Positions 27,827 through 36,248 of a DNA stretch of 42,721 nucleotides are shown one piece after another. Origin of the DNA: Actinomycetota bacterium (GTDB taxonomy: Bacteria > Actinomycetota > Actinomycetes > JAKEEW01). Both the position numbers and the translations under genes were made by a program. The notes below the pieces were generated by a model. That model did no database searches, had not been told where the DNA came from, and saw nothing but the letters and a program-made list of their open reading frames with translations. The DNA lies in assembly GCA_046725875.1 (NCBI GenBank), contig JBKOZJ010000013.1, positions 1 to 42,721 on the forward strand. Reading direction: 5' to 3'. Numbering within the stretch: position 1 is the stretch's first letter; each line of letters begins with the position of its first letter.

Positions 27827-28719
27827 CGAACCTCATGCCCGACCGCTACCGCGAGGTCAGCCTCACGACTGTGGACCACGAGCTCTCTGCCGCCGCCGTG
27901 CGCGCTCACCTCATGGGTCGTGAGGTATACCGGCGCACGCGATTCGTCGTGCTGCGGCACGACGGTCGCGCAGCCCTCGCCGCGGTCACCAAGGCGGATG
28001 AGACACCGCTTTTCGCCCCGGTGGTCGAGGTGGAGGTGCTTGCGCTACCGGGGGAGACGACCTGGGTAGATGCGCCGGAGGTCGACACGAGCGTGCCCAG
28101 CCAGCTCGCTCGGGCCGCGCGGGAACACGCTCCCGGCGCACGCTGTGCCATCGTGGCGGGGCGCCACGGCCACGTGAGCTTCCTGCTCGATCCGGCACCG
28201 GCGCGCGTTCGCGTGGTCGACGTTGCGCCGCCGTACCCCGCGAAGCTGGTGGACCAGGCTCAGGCCGTCCTCGATGTCGCCGACGAGATGCCGCCGGTTG
28301 AGCTTGTCGCCGGTGTCATCGACCTCGGTAATCTGGCGGCAACCCACCCCGCTGACCGCTATGTGTTGCCGTGCCGTGGCTCCGGGCTCGTCCTGGGGGC
28401 CGACACCGCGTATCTGGACGAACGACCGCCGGATGCGGACTGGGTGCTCGTCGGCTGCGCCCGGTCCCGGGAGATCCACGAATGGTTCTATCAACGAGAT
28501 GCGCCGTCGGTTGAGATGTGCCCGCGGCGGCTCGTCGCGAGTGACCGTACGGACATGACTATGCCGACACTCACTCGGTGCTGTCTGCTCGAGGAGGAGC
28601 GGTACGAGTGCGCGGCGGACGTCGCCGTCGTCCCCTGGGGAGCTTCGCTGTCATTGATCCGGACGGCCATCTCCGATCTGATCGGCGATGGAGGGAAACA
28701 TGTCGGCACCGCTGAATGA
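27823..28719 (+). CDS. Cys-motif hypothetical protein coupled to comA
   Basis: GTGA overlap with the comA stop. Motifs YVLPCRGSG, YLDERP, VGCARSREIHEWFY, MCPR, TRCCLLE and VVPWGA. Confidence 0.8.
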   Translation: MTNLMPDRYREVSLTTVDHELSAAAVRAHLMGREVYRRTRFVVLRHDGRAALAAVTKADETPLFAPVVEVEVLALPGETTWVDAPEVDTSVPSQLARAAREHAPGARCAIVAGRHGHVSFLLDPAPARVRVVDVAPPYPAKLVDQAQAVLDVADEMPPVELVAGVIDLGNLAATHPADRYVLPCRGSGLVLGADTAYLDERPPDADWVLVGCARSREIHEWFYQRDAPSVEMCPRRLVASDRTDMTMPTLTRCCLLEEERYECAADVAVVPWGASLSLIRTAISDLIGDGGKHVGTAE

Positions 28720-30052
28720 GATCCAGGTCCACGGCCATCTCTGGGGCACTGACGAGCTGCGCGCGATCTTCGCCGAACGGGCATGGTTGCAGGGCTGGCT
28801 CGACGTGCTGGTTGCGCTTGCGGACGCTCAGGCCGAGCTCGGCATCATCCCTCCGGCTGCCGCGAAGGCCATCGAGGCCGAGGCGCACATCGATGCACTC
28901 GACCTCGATCTCATCGCCGCCGAGACCAGGCACACTTCCCATTCCACCCTTGGCCTCATCGTTGCCCTTCAGCGGCAGCTGCCAGCGGACGCCCGCGAGT
29001 GGGTCTACTACGGCGCCACTGTGCAAGACGTCACGGACACCTGGACAGCCACGGCGATCAAGGACGTCTGCGCCGTTCTCTGGCGTGATCTACGGCTGCT
29101 GGAAGCAAGGTTGCTGGAGGTCGCCGAGGAGCACCGGGACACGGTGGTCGCCGGGCGAACGCACGGCCAGACGGGAGCGCCAACGTCCTTCGGCCTCAAG
29201 GCGGCGAGCTGGGCCGACGAGATCCGCCGTCACCTTGACCGACTGCGCGAGGGTGCGCCCCGATGGCTCGTGGGCCAGCTGGCGGGTGCGGTTGGCAACC
29301 TCGCCTTCTATGACAATCTCGGCCTCGAGCTACGGGAGCGGTTCTGCGCCCGGCTTGGGCTGGCCGATCCGCGTGTTTCCTGGACCTCCTCGCGCGATCG
29401 GCTGGCGGAGTTCGGCATGCTGCTCGCGCTGATAACCGGCACACTCGCCAGGATCGGCTCGGAGGTGTACCAACTCGCCCGTCCGGAAATCGACGAGCTG
29501 CGCGAGCCGGCGCGGGCCGGCACGGTCGGCAGCATCACGATGCCCCACAAGCGGAACCCGGAGGCGAGCGAGCATCTCACCACCCTGGCTCGGTTGGTCC
29601 GTTCCTCTGCCACCGTCCTGGTGGAGGGCGTCGTTACCGAGCACGAGCGGGACGGTCGTGGCTGGAAGGCCGAGTGGGTTGCATTGCCCGATGCCTGCCT
29701 CCTGACCGGTGCCGCGCTTTCCTTCGCACTCGCCCTCGTCGACGGGCTCGAGGTCAACATGGCGGCGATGCGCGCCAACCTCGGCCCGTTCAGCGGCTCG
29801 GAGCGGGCACTCGCACTGCTCGCCCCGCGGCTCGGCAAGCACCGTGCCCAGCAGTTGCTCCAGGAGGCTCTGGCAGCCGGGCGCGAGCGAGGCGTGCCGC
29901 TGGCCGAGGCCCTGCGGGCGGCGGACCTGTTGGATCCGGCGCTGGAGCAAGCACTTGCCACGCCCGATATCGGCAGCGCAGACGAGATGGTCGACGCCGT
30001 CGTGCAGCGCGGCCGAGCCGCCCGCGAGCGCGAACCGGAGCGCTGGCCTTGA
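28700..30052 (+). CDS. Adenylosuccinate lyase-like aspartase/fumarase superfamily enzyme (XcbD-like candidate)
   Basis: YGATVQDVTDT, GRTHGQ, GQLAGAVG, GSITMPHKRNPE and EHERD. Confidence 0.88.
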   Translation: MSAPLNEIQVHGHLWGTDELRAIFAERAWLQGWLDVLVALADAQAELGIIPPAAAKAIEAEAHIDALDLDLIAAETRHTSHSTLGLIVALQRQLPADAREWVYYGATVQDVTDTWTATAIKDVCAVLWRDLRLLEARLLEVAEEHRDTVVAGRTHGQTGAPTSFGLKAASWADEIRRHLDRLREGAPRWLVGQLAGAVGNLAFYDNLGLELRERFCARLGLADPRVSWTSSRDRLAEFGMLLALITGTLARIGSEVYQLARPEIDELREPARAGTVGSITMPHKRNPEASEHLTTLARLVRSSATVLVEGVVTEHERDGRGWKAEWVALPDACLLTGAALSFALALVDGLEVNMAAMRANLGPFSGSERALALLAPRLGKHRAQQLLQEALAAGRERGVPLAEALRAADLLDPALEQALATPDIGSADEMVDAVVQRGRAAREREPERWP

Positions 30053-31020
30053 TGACCGCGCGACTCCCGCTCTCGCTCGCGATGTGGCCTACGCCGCTGA
30101 TCCGCGCCGACCGGCTTGCGCGGTCGCTGGGGCGTACGGAGATCTGGGTCAAGCGCGACGACCTCACCGGTTTCATGCTCGCCGGTAACAAGGCTCGTCA
30201 GCTGGAGCGACTGGTCGAGGACGCGCGGGCGAGCGGGGCAGACACCTTGGTCACCGGGGGTGGGCCGGCGTCGAACTTCTGCGCGGCCGCGGCGGCGGCC
30301 GCCCGCCTCGCCGGGCTGCGCTGCGTGATTGTGCTCTACGGAGACAACGGCGGACCCATCCATCCCAACCTCGCCCTCACCCGGTGGCACGGCGCCGAGG
30401 TGAGCTTTACCGGCAATGCCGACCGGTCGTCCGTCGACGAAGTGCTGGACCAGGCAGCAGCGCAAGTGCTCGCCAGCGGGGGACGGCCCTACGTCGTGCC
30501 GCGCGGTGGAGCCACCGTCGTTGGCGCGCTCGCCTATGTCGATGCGGGCCAGGAGCTCGCCGATCAGCTGACGGCAGTCGGTGCCCGGCCAGCAACCGTG
30601 CTCGTCGCGGCGGGGTCGGGCGGAACTGCCGCCGGCCTGGTGGCGGCGGCGGTGGGAGGCGACCATCCGTGGCGGATTGTGGCCGCGGCCGTGAGCCGTC
30701 CTCCAGAGATCACCGCCACGCGTGTGCTCGAGCTCGCTCGGGCGGCGGCCGAGCACCGGCGCTTGCAGCGGCCCGCTGAGACTGACGTAGACGTACGGGA
30801 CGCGCGCGGTCCCGGTTACGGCCTCGCTTCGGTGGACGGCGAGCGGGCGGCAGAGCTCGCCGCTGCCACCGAAGGCCTGCTGCTCGACCCGGTGTTCTCG
30901 GCGAAGGCACTTGGCATCTTGCTAGCGAGTCCGCAGCTGCCCGGTCCGGTTGTGTTCTGGCATACCGGCGGCCATGCGGCTGCGCTGGCGCACCTCACCA
31001 CACTCGCCAAGGAGTCGTAG
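30052..31020 (+). CDS. PLP-dependent D-cysteine desulfhydrase/ACC deaminase family enzyme (XcbE-like candidate)
   Basis: PTPL, IWVKRDDLTG...GNKARQLE (PLP Lys), AAGSGGTAAGL, EGLLLDPVFSAKA and WHTGG. TGATG overlap with the upstream gene. Confidence 0.9.
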   Translation: MTARLPLSLAMWPTPLIRADRLARSLGRTEIWVKRDDLTGFMLAGNKARQLERLVEDARASGADTLVTGGGPASNFCAAAAAAARLAGLRCVIVLYGDNGGPIHPNLALTRWHGAEVSFTGNADRSSVDEVLDQAAAQVLASGGRPYVVPRGGATVVGALAYVDAGQELADQLTAVGARPATVLVAAGSGGTAAGLVAAAVGGDHPWRIVAAAVSRPPEITATRVLELARAAAEHRRLQRPAETDVDVRDARGPGYGLASVDGERAAELAAATEGLLLDPVFSAKALGILLASPQLPGPVVFWHTGGHAAALAHLTTLAKES

Positions 31021-31024
31021 CGAG

Positions 31025-32527
31025 ATGACGAAGCTACGCGGCCCGGCCGCGGAAGCACCGGCGCCAGAGCTGATCGCCGCGGGGTTCGCCCTGGAGGTCG
31101 CGGACGCACCCCTGCTGCATCGCGACCTCGGCCTCGCCGACCTGGCCCACCTGCTTGACCTGCGCGGGCGAGGGGTCGTACCGCCCGAACCGCTTGGCCG
31201 GCTAGTGGCCGCCACCCTCGATTCGCTGCAGATCCCGGCGGCGGAGTTCCCGTACGACGCCGCATACGGCGAGCTTTACAACTGCCGGGAACGGTGGTTC
31301 GTGGAGCGCCTCGGCGACGATGCGGGCTGGTTGCACGCGGGTCGGCCACGTCGCGAGGCTGCCCGGATCGCCCTGCGGCTACTGCTACGCCGATTGGTCG
31401 CCGACCTCGCCGGTGACGCCGCTGATTTCGCTGCGGCCGTCACTGAGGTGGCCGGTCGGCAGGCCGAGACCTGGATGCCGGATCAGACCTACCTGCAGCA
31501 GGCGCAGCCGTCGACGTTCGGTCATTACGTGCTCTCGTTCGCGTACCCGGCGATGCGCGACGCCGAGCGCTTGCTCGACGGGCTCGACTGGGTGAACCGG
31601 TCACCAGGAGGAGCGGGCTGCGTCAACGGGAGCCGTCTGGTCGGCGACCGGGACCACGTGGCTAGGCTGCTCGGGTTTCCCAGCGTGATCGAGCACACCC
31701 GGGATGCGATGTGGCAGCTCGACGGACTGGTCAGCCTTCTTGCGTCGGCCGCGAGCCTGGTCGCGAGCCAAAGCAAGCTGGCCGAGGATCTGGAGATCTG
31801 GGCAAGCGAGGAGTTCGACTTCGTCGACCTTGCCGGACCGTACACCAGGGCCAGCGTGCTCATGCCGCAGAAGCGCAACCCGTACGCGGTGGCCATCGTG
31901 CGCGGCGCCGGCGGAGTCTTGACCGGTCGGTTGTCGGGCTTCCTCGCGGTGGCCAAGACACCATCGGCGCGGAGCGACAACCTGATCTTTGCGTACGGTG
32001 AGGTGCCGCGCGCACTTGACCTGGCCAGCAGGGTGACCCGGCTGATGTCCGGTGTCGTATCCAGTCTTGAGGTCCACCCGGCGCGAATGTGGGAGGTGCT
32101 GCTGAGCGGCTTCTCCCAGGCAACCGACCTCGCCGAGCATGTGATGCTTACCTGCGACGTGGACTACCGGACGGCCTATCTCGTCGTGGGCCGGGCGGTA
32201 CGGGCCGCGAGCGAGCGTGGCATGCGCGGCGTCGACCTCACCGGTGAGCTGCTCGATGCAGCCGCAGTTGACCAAATCGGCCGCCCACTCGGCCTGGCCG
32301 GCAGCGATCTGTCGACCGTGCTCGATCCGCGTGCGGTCATCGAAACACGGATCGGTGCAGGCGGTGCGGCGCCCGCGGTGGTCCGCGATATGGCAACGCG
32401 CTGCCGGCTGGAGGCGGTTGCGATGACAGACCGGATCAAGGCGCTAGCCGCGGCGTTCGCAGATGCCGAAACCATGCTGATCAGACGGGCCGAGGAGGTC
32501 GCCCACCATGCAGTCAGTCCATTATGA
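31025..32527 (+). CDS. Argininosuccinate lyase-like aspartase/fumarase superfamily enzyme (XcbC-like candidate)
   Basis: LHAGRPRRE, MPDQTYLQQAQPSTFGHY, SPGGAG, LAEDLEIW, ASVLMPQKRNP, ATDLAE and YRTAYLVVGRAV. Confidence 0.88.
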   Translation: MTKLRGPAAEAPAPELIAAGFALEVADAPLLHRDLGLADLAHLLDLRGRGVVPPEPLGRLVAATLDSLQIPAAEFPYDAAYGELYNCRERWFVERLGDDAGWLHAGRPRREAARIALRLLLRRLVADLAGDAADFAAAVTEVAGRQAETWMPDQTYLQQAQPSTFGHYVLSFAYPAMRDAERLLDGLDWVNRSPGGAGCVNGSRLVGDRDHVARLLGFPSVIEHTRDAMWQLDGLVSLLASAASLVASQSKLAEDLEIWASEEFDFVDLAGPYTRASVLMPQKRNPYAVAIVRGAGGVLTGRLSGFLAVAKTPSARSDNLIFAYGEVPRALDLASRVTRLMSGVVSSLEVHPARMWEVLLSGFSQATDLAEHVMLTCDVDYRTAYLVVGRAVRAASERGMRGVDLTGELLDAAAVDQIGRPLGLAGSDLSTVLDPRAVIETRIGAGGAAPAVVRDMATRCRLEAVAMTDRIKALAAAFADAETMLIRRAEEVAHHAVSPL

Positions 32528-32903
32528 CGACCTCGAATTGCGGGGTGGTCAGCAGTGTGTTCGATATGTAGCAGTAGTTCTGGGCACGCTCAATGAGCGG
32601 CTCGAGCTCGCTCCTAGGGAGTGTGGACCGCACGGACACCCGCAGCGCCGAGAAGCGGAGACCCGTGTAGTCGCCGTCGACATCAACGGCCAGGTCTGGC
32701 AGCGCGACGTCGCGCTTGCGCGCGGCGTGGGCGACCGACGCGGCAAAGCAGGTAGCAAGCGAGGCCAGAAAAAGCTCGGTCGGCATCGGTCCCTGGTCGT
32801 CCCCGCCGGCCTCGGGCGGTTCGTCGGCGACGACCTCGAAGCCGCGCACCGAGGCCCGAACGTGGTAGCCCCCCTGCCAAATCGCGGTGAGTCGCACAGT
32901 CAT
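32514..32903 (-). CDS. OsmC/Ohr-family protein
   Basis: ADEPPEAGGDDQGPMPTELFLASLATCF...CYISNTL with two conserved Cys. Confidence 0.88.
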   Translation of the reverse strand: MTVRLTAIWQGGYHVRASVRGFEVVADEPPEAGGDDQGPMPTELFLASLATCFAASVAHAARKRDVALPDLAVDVDGDYTGLRFSALRVSVRSTLPRSELEPLIERAQNYCYISNTLLTTPQFEVVIMD

Positions 32904-34326
32904 GGACGGTAGCGCGCTCGATCGGGCCTCGCTGCCCGCCGAGGTGAAGGTCGTCAACGTCGGGCTCGCACTTTTCGCGGACGCGGTGCGCGAGCAAGGC
33001 GCCGATGTCGTCGACGTCGAGTGGCGCATACCGGCCGGTGGCCAAGCCGAGGTCGTGGCCGCGCTGACCCAGCTGGCCGGCCCACAGCACGAGCAGGTGG
33101 CCGCGGCAAATGCGGAGGTTCTTCGTCGGCTCAACGCGGGCACGCCGCTGCTCGTCGGCGTTGCCCCCGCCGGCAAGGTTGTACCCGATCTCGAGCCATG
33201 CACCGTCCTGCATAGTGGCCCACCGATCGACTGGACGGGCATGTGTGACCCATTGCGTCGCTCCTTCTGCGCGGCGGTGGTCGCCGAAGGCTGGGCGAGC
33301 GACGTGGGCGAGGTGCCGGGGCTGGTGGGTGCGGGAAAGGTTCGGCTGGCGCCGGCAAACCTCCACGACACCGTTCTGCCGATGGCCAGCGCCATCGGTC
33401 CGAGCGCGCCCGTCGTGATCGTCGAAAACGAGTCGGGTCCGACGCGGGCCTTCTCTGGAATCAACCAGGGTCCCGGCCGGGCCCCGTGGCTCGGCGTCGA
33501 CTCGCCAGAGGCGATCGAGCGACTGGCCCTGGTACGGGACGTGGTGGCGCCGGCGCTTGCCACCGTGCTGGCATCGGCTGGACCGGTCGACGTATTCGCC
33601 CTGGTCGCCCAAGGCCTGCAGATGGGCGACGAGTTGCACATGCGGTCCCAGGCCACCACGAACCTGCTCTGGCGGACGCTGTTGCCGCACCTGGTGGAGG
33701 TCGACTCGCCGACCATCGGCGCGACTGCCCGCTTCCTTTCTGGCAACCATCTGTTCTTCCTGAACATTGCGATGGCAGCGGCGAAGGCCGTGCTCATGGC
33801 GGCGTACGACGTCCCCGCCTCGAGCATCGTGGTCGGGATGTCGCGCAACGGTACGACGTTCGGGATTCGGCTTGCCGGAACTGGCCCGGCCGAGTTCGTC
33901 GCGCCGGCACCACTCGTGGGCAATGCGCTCTACCACTCGGGATTTGGGGAGGATGCCGCCGCCCCCGACATCGGCGACAGTGCGGTATTGGAGCTGGTCG
34001 GACTCGGCGGCGCGGCGGCGGCCGCGTCCCCAGCCGTCGCAGCCTTCCTCGGCGGCGCGGTGCAGGACGCGATCGCCACGTCCCAGGCTATGGAGACGGT
34101 CTGCGCTGGCCGCAGCGCACGGTTCACGCTGCCGTTGCTCGAGCACCGCGGCTCTCCGCTCGGTGTCGACGCGTGCGCAGTCGTCGAGACGCAGACCACG
34201 CCTGCAATCAACACCGGCATCCTCCATAGCACCGACGGAGCGGGCCAGATCGGAGCGGGCGTCGCGCGCGCGCCGCTCGAGTGCTTCGAGGCTGCGGTCC
34301 TGGCGCTGGCCGGCTCACTCGGCTAG
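32902..34326 (+). CDS. DUF1116/YlbE (AllG-like) protein; start may instead be GTG 32944
   Basis: VVNVGLALFADAVREQGADVVDVEWR, LHSGPP, GLQMGDELHMR, NHLFFLNIAMAA, MSRNGTTFGIR, PDIGDSA, INTGILH and GQIGAG. Confidence 0.88.
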   Translation: MDGSALDRASLPAEVKVVNVGLALFADAVREQGADVVDVEWRIPAGGQAEVVAALTQLAGPQHEQVAAANAEVLRRLNAGTPLLVGVAPAGKVVPDLEPCTVLHSGPPIDWTGMCDPLRRSFCAAVVAEGWASDVGEVPGLVGAGKVRLAPANLHDTVLPMASAIGPSAPVVIVENESGPTRAFSGINQGPGRAPWLGVDSPEAIERLALVRDVVAPALATVLASAGPVDVFALVAQGLQMGDELHMRSQATTNLLWRTLLPHLVEVDSPTIGATARFLSGNHLFFLNIAMAAAKAVLMAAYDVPASSIVVGMSRNGTTFGIRLAGTGPAEFVAPAPLVGNALYHSGFGEDAAAPDIGDSAVLELVGLGGAAAAASPAVAAFLGGAVQDAIATSQAMETVCAGRSARFTLPLLEHRGSPLGVDACAVVETQTTPAINTGILHSTDGAGQIGAGVARAPLECFEAAVLALAGSLG

Positions 34327-34358
34327 ACCCGCTGGGCCCCCGTTGCCCCAAGCGGCGC

Positions 34359-34997
34359 CTAGCCGATCAGGCTCTTGACTTCGATCCCGACAAAGAATGC
34401 GATGACGATCTCGCTGATAATCCACGAGTTGGTGTTCATCCAGTCGCGAACCTTAGGCAGGAGGGCCCTGGCCCGCCTTCCCGCCACCAGCACCAGGAGC
34501 ACCGGAAGCGCCGTGAGAAGCAGCGTGACGAGGACGAACGGCAAGCAGTACCACCACGGGTCGTCGTTGCGCGCGAGGTATGAGCCAACCGAGATCGAGG
34601 TAATGATGTCGGTCGGAAACACGCCGAGCAACAGCAGGCCGAGGGTGAATGAGAGCCGCGGAGTCGCGGTCTGCAGTCTGCCCATCCACCTCGGCGGCTC
34701 GGCTTTCTTTCGATTGAGAAATACGAACACCCCAGCGACCAGCAGGAGCAGCAGGAGGATGACATCGACCACCTGTCCGGAGCCCTCTTTGTGAGACCCG
34801 CCGGCGGCGTTCCTCAGGAGTCTGGCGACAATGTATGCCAGCGTCACGAAGAACGTGACCGTGAGCAGTACACCAACGAGGAAGGCGGCGGAGTTCTTCC
34901 GCCAGTTTTCGCTGGTGGCGAGGAAGACGGCGGTTACGATCTGTGGACCGGCGATCATCACGAACGCCAGCGGGAGGACCGTCAGGAAACTGGGCAT
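34359..34997 (-). CDS. GAP (glycopeptidolipid/sulfolipid-addressing) family membrane protein
   Basis: Six TM segments, PPRWMGRL and LPKVRDWMNTNSW. Confidence 0.75.
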   Translation of the reverse strand: MPSFLTVLPLAFVMIAGPQIVTAVFLATSENWRKNSAAFLVGVLLTVTFFVTLAYIVARLLRNAAGGSHKEGSGQVVDVILLLLLLVAGVFVFLNRKKAEPPRWMGRLQTATPRLSFTLGLLLLGVFPTDIITSISVGSYLARNDDPWWYCLPFVLVTLLLTALPVLLVLVAGRRARALLPKVRDWMNTNSWIISEIVIAFFVGIEVKSLIG

Positions 34998-35348
34998 TTC
35001 GCGTTCATCTCCCGTCAGGCAATGACGGTGCTGTTGCTGTCTGTTATCGCCACCGGTCTGCTATCCCTTGCAGCTCATGCCTCTCAGATGACGAGGTCAC
35101 GACGCTAATCCTGCTCATTAAGCGGCGCTTAAGACCGGACGGGTAAGGTGCGGGGCGCGCCTGGGCCCGCGGCCCGCAACGGGGGATGCTCTGGACGAGG
35201 GCCCAGGCTGCGAAAACGTAGCAGCTGATGACCGGTCCGTCCTGATCCGTACTTAGATGGCCGGTCCACTACTGCACTTACTGGGCCTAAAGGGGGGCCT
35301 CTATGAGCCCAGATGGCAAATCGTCATGGATCGGCCGGCACCACGGCG

Positions 35349-36248
35349 TCATCCTGGGGCGGCGGTAACCCCGGCCACCTCTGCAGCATTGGTGGCACGC
35401 TCGATCACGACCATCTTCTCCTCGAGCGTTGCCGGGACGTCGTCGATCTCAGCCGCGACCTCCGCTCGGTCGAGGGCGGCCTTAACTCGTACGGGATCGG
35501 CATCAGCGACGCGGACCTTGCGGCCGACGAGCGTCACCGCCAGCCGGGCGGCGTTCAAGGCGTCGAAGGCATCCACCCACCTTGGGGCGCGCACCTCCAT
35601 CGCGGTTGTTCCGCCAACGATGTCGCGCTCGGTCCCCTCCGCCACCACCCGGCCGCGGGACATCAGAACGAGCCGGTCGGCCTGGCTGGCTTCCTGCATG
35701 TAGTGGGTTGTGACGAATACGCCGACGCCTCGCTCGGCCTGCTCGTGGATGACATCCCAGAGCCTGGCTCGGGCCAATGGGTCGACGCCCGAAGTTGGCT
35801 CGTCCAGCACGAGAAGTTCCGGCTCGTGGTCGAGTGCGGCCAGGAATGCGAGTCGTCTCTGCAGGCCGAGGCCGATTCCGCCGACCAGCTCGTGTCGCAT
35901 GGCAGCGAGGTCGGCCGGCAGCTCTGGCCTGGGGACGCCGAACGCCCGCGCGATGAACTCCAGGTTCTCCTCCACGGTCAGGTCGACGTACAGGCCGAGA
36001 CCCTGCGGCACATAACCGAGACGGCGGCGCGCGGCGCGTGAGGGTGGGCCGCCGAACAGACGGACCCGACCCGAGGACGGCAGCAGCAGGCCGAGGAGCA
36101 TGCGGATCAGCGTCGTCTTCCCGGCCCCGTTTGCACCGAGCAGCCCGACGATCTCACCGTTCGAGACGGTGATCGATGCACGATCGACCGCGGTGAAGGA
36201 CCCGAACCGCGCTGTGACAGCGTCGATGCGAACCAGCGGCGCGCTCAC
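35349..36248 (-). CDS. ABC transporter ATP-binding protein
   Basis: GANGAGKTT, GLGLQRRL, LVLDEPTSGVDP and TTHYMQEA. Confidence 0.92.
   Translation of the reverse strand: MSAPLVRIDAVTARFGSFTAVDRASITVSNGEIVGLLGANGAGKTTLIRMLLGLLLPSSGRVRLFGGPPSRAARRRLGYVPQGLGLYVDLTVEENLEFIARAFGVPRPELPADLAAMRHELVGGIGLGLQRRLAFLAALDHEPELLVLDEPTSGVDPLARARLWDVIHEQAERGVGVFVTTHYMQEASQADRLVLMSRGRVVAEGTERDIVGGTTAMEVRAPRWVDAFDALNAARLAVTLVGRKVRVADADPVRVKAALDRAEVAAEIDDVPATLEEKMVVIERATNAAEVAGVTAAPG

Noticed and set aside
26032..27960. 642-aa minus ORF suggesting a large AIRS fusion
   Set aside because: The N-terminal half is the antisense shadow of comA. Family motifs begin only near 27003.
28700..32527. Calling these genes purB, acdS and argH
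   Set aside because: Signature residues deviate, and the context (comA operon, no pur/arg genes) argues against housekeeping roles.
32514..33923. 469-aa and 514-aa minus ORFs over the YlbE gene
   Set aside because: Antisense shadows typical of high-GC DNA. Only the last 129 codons of the 469-aa ORF are OsmC-like.
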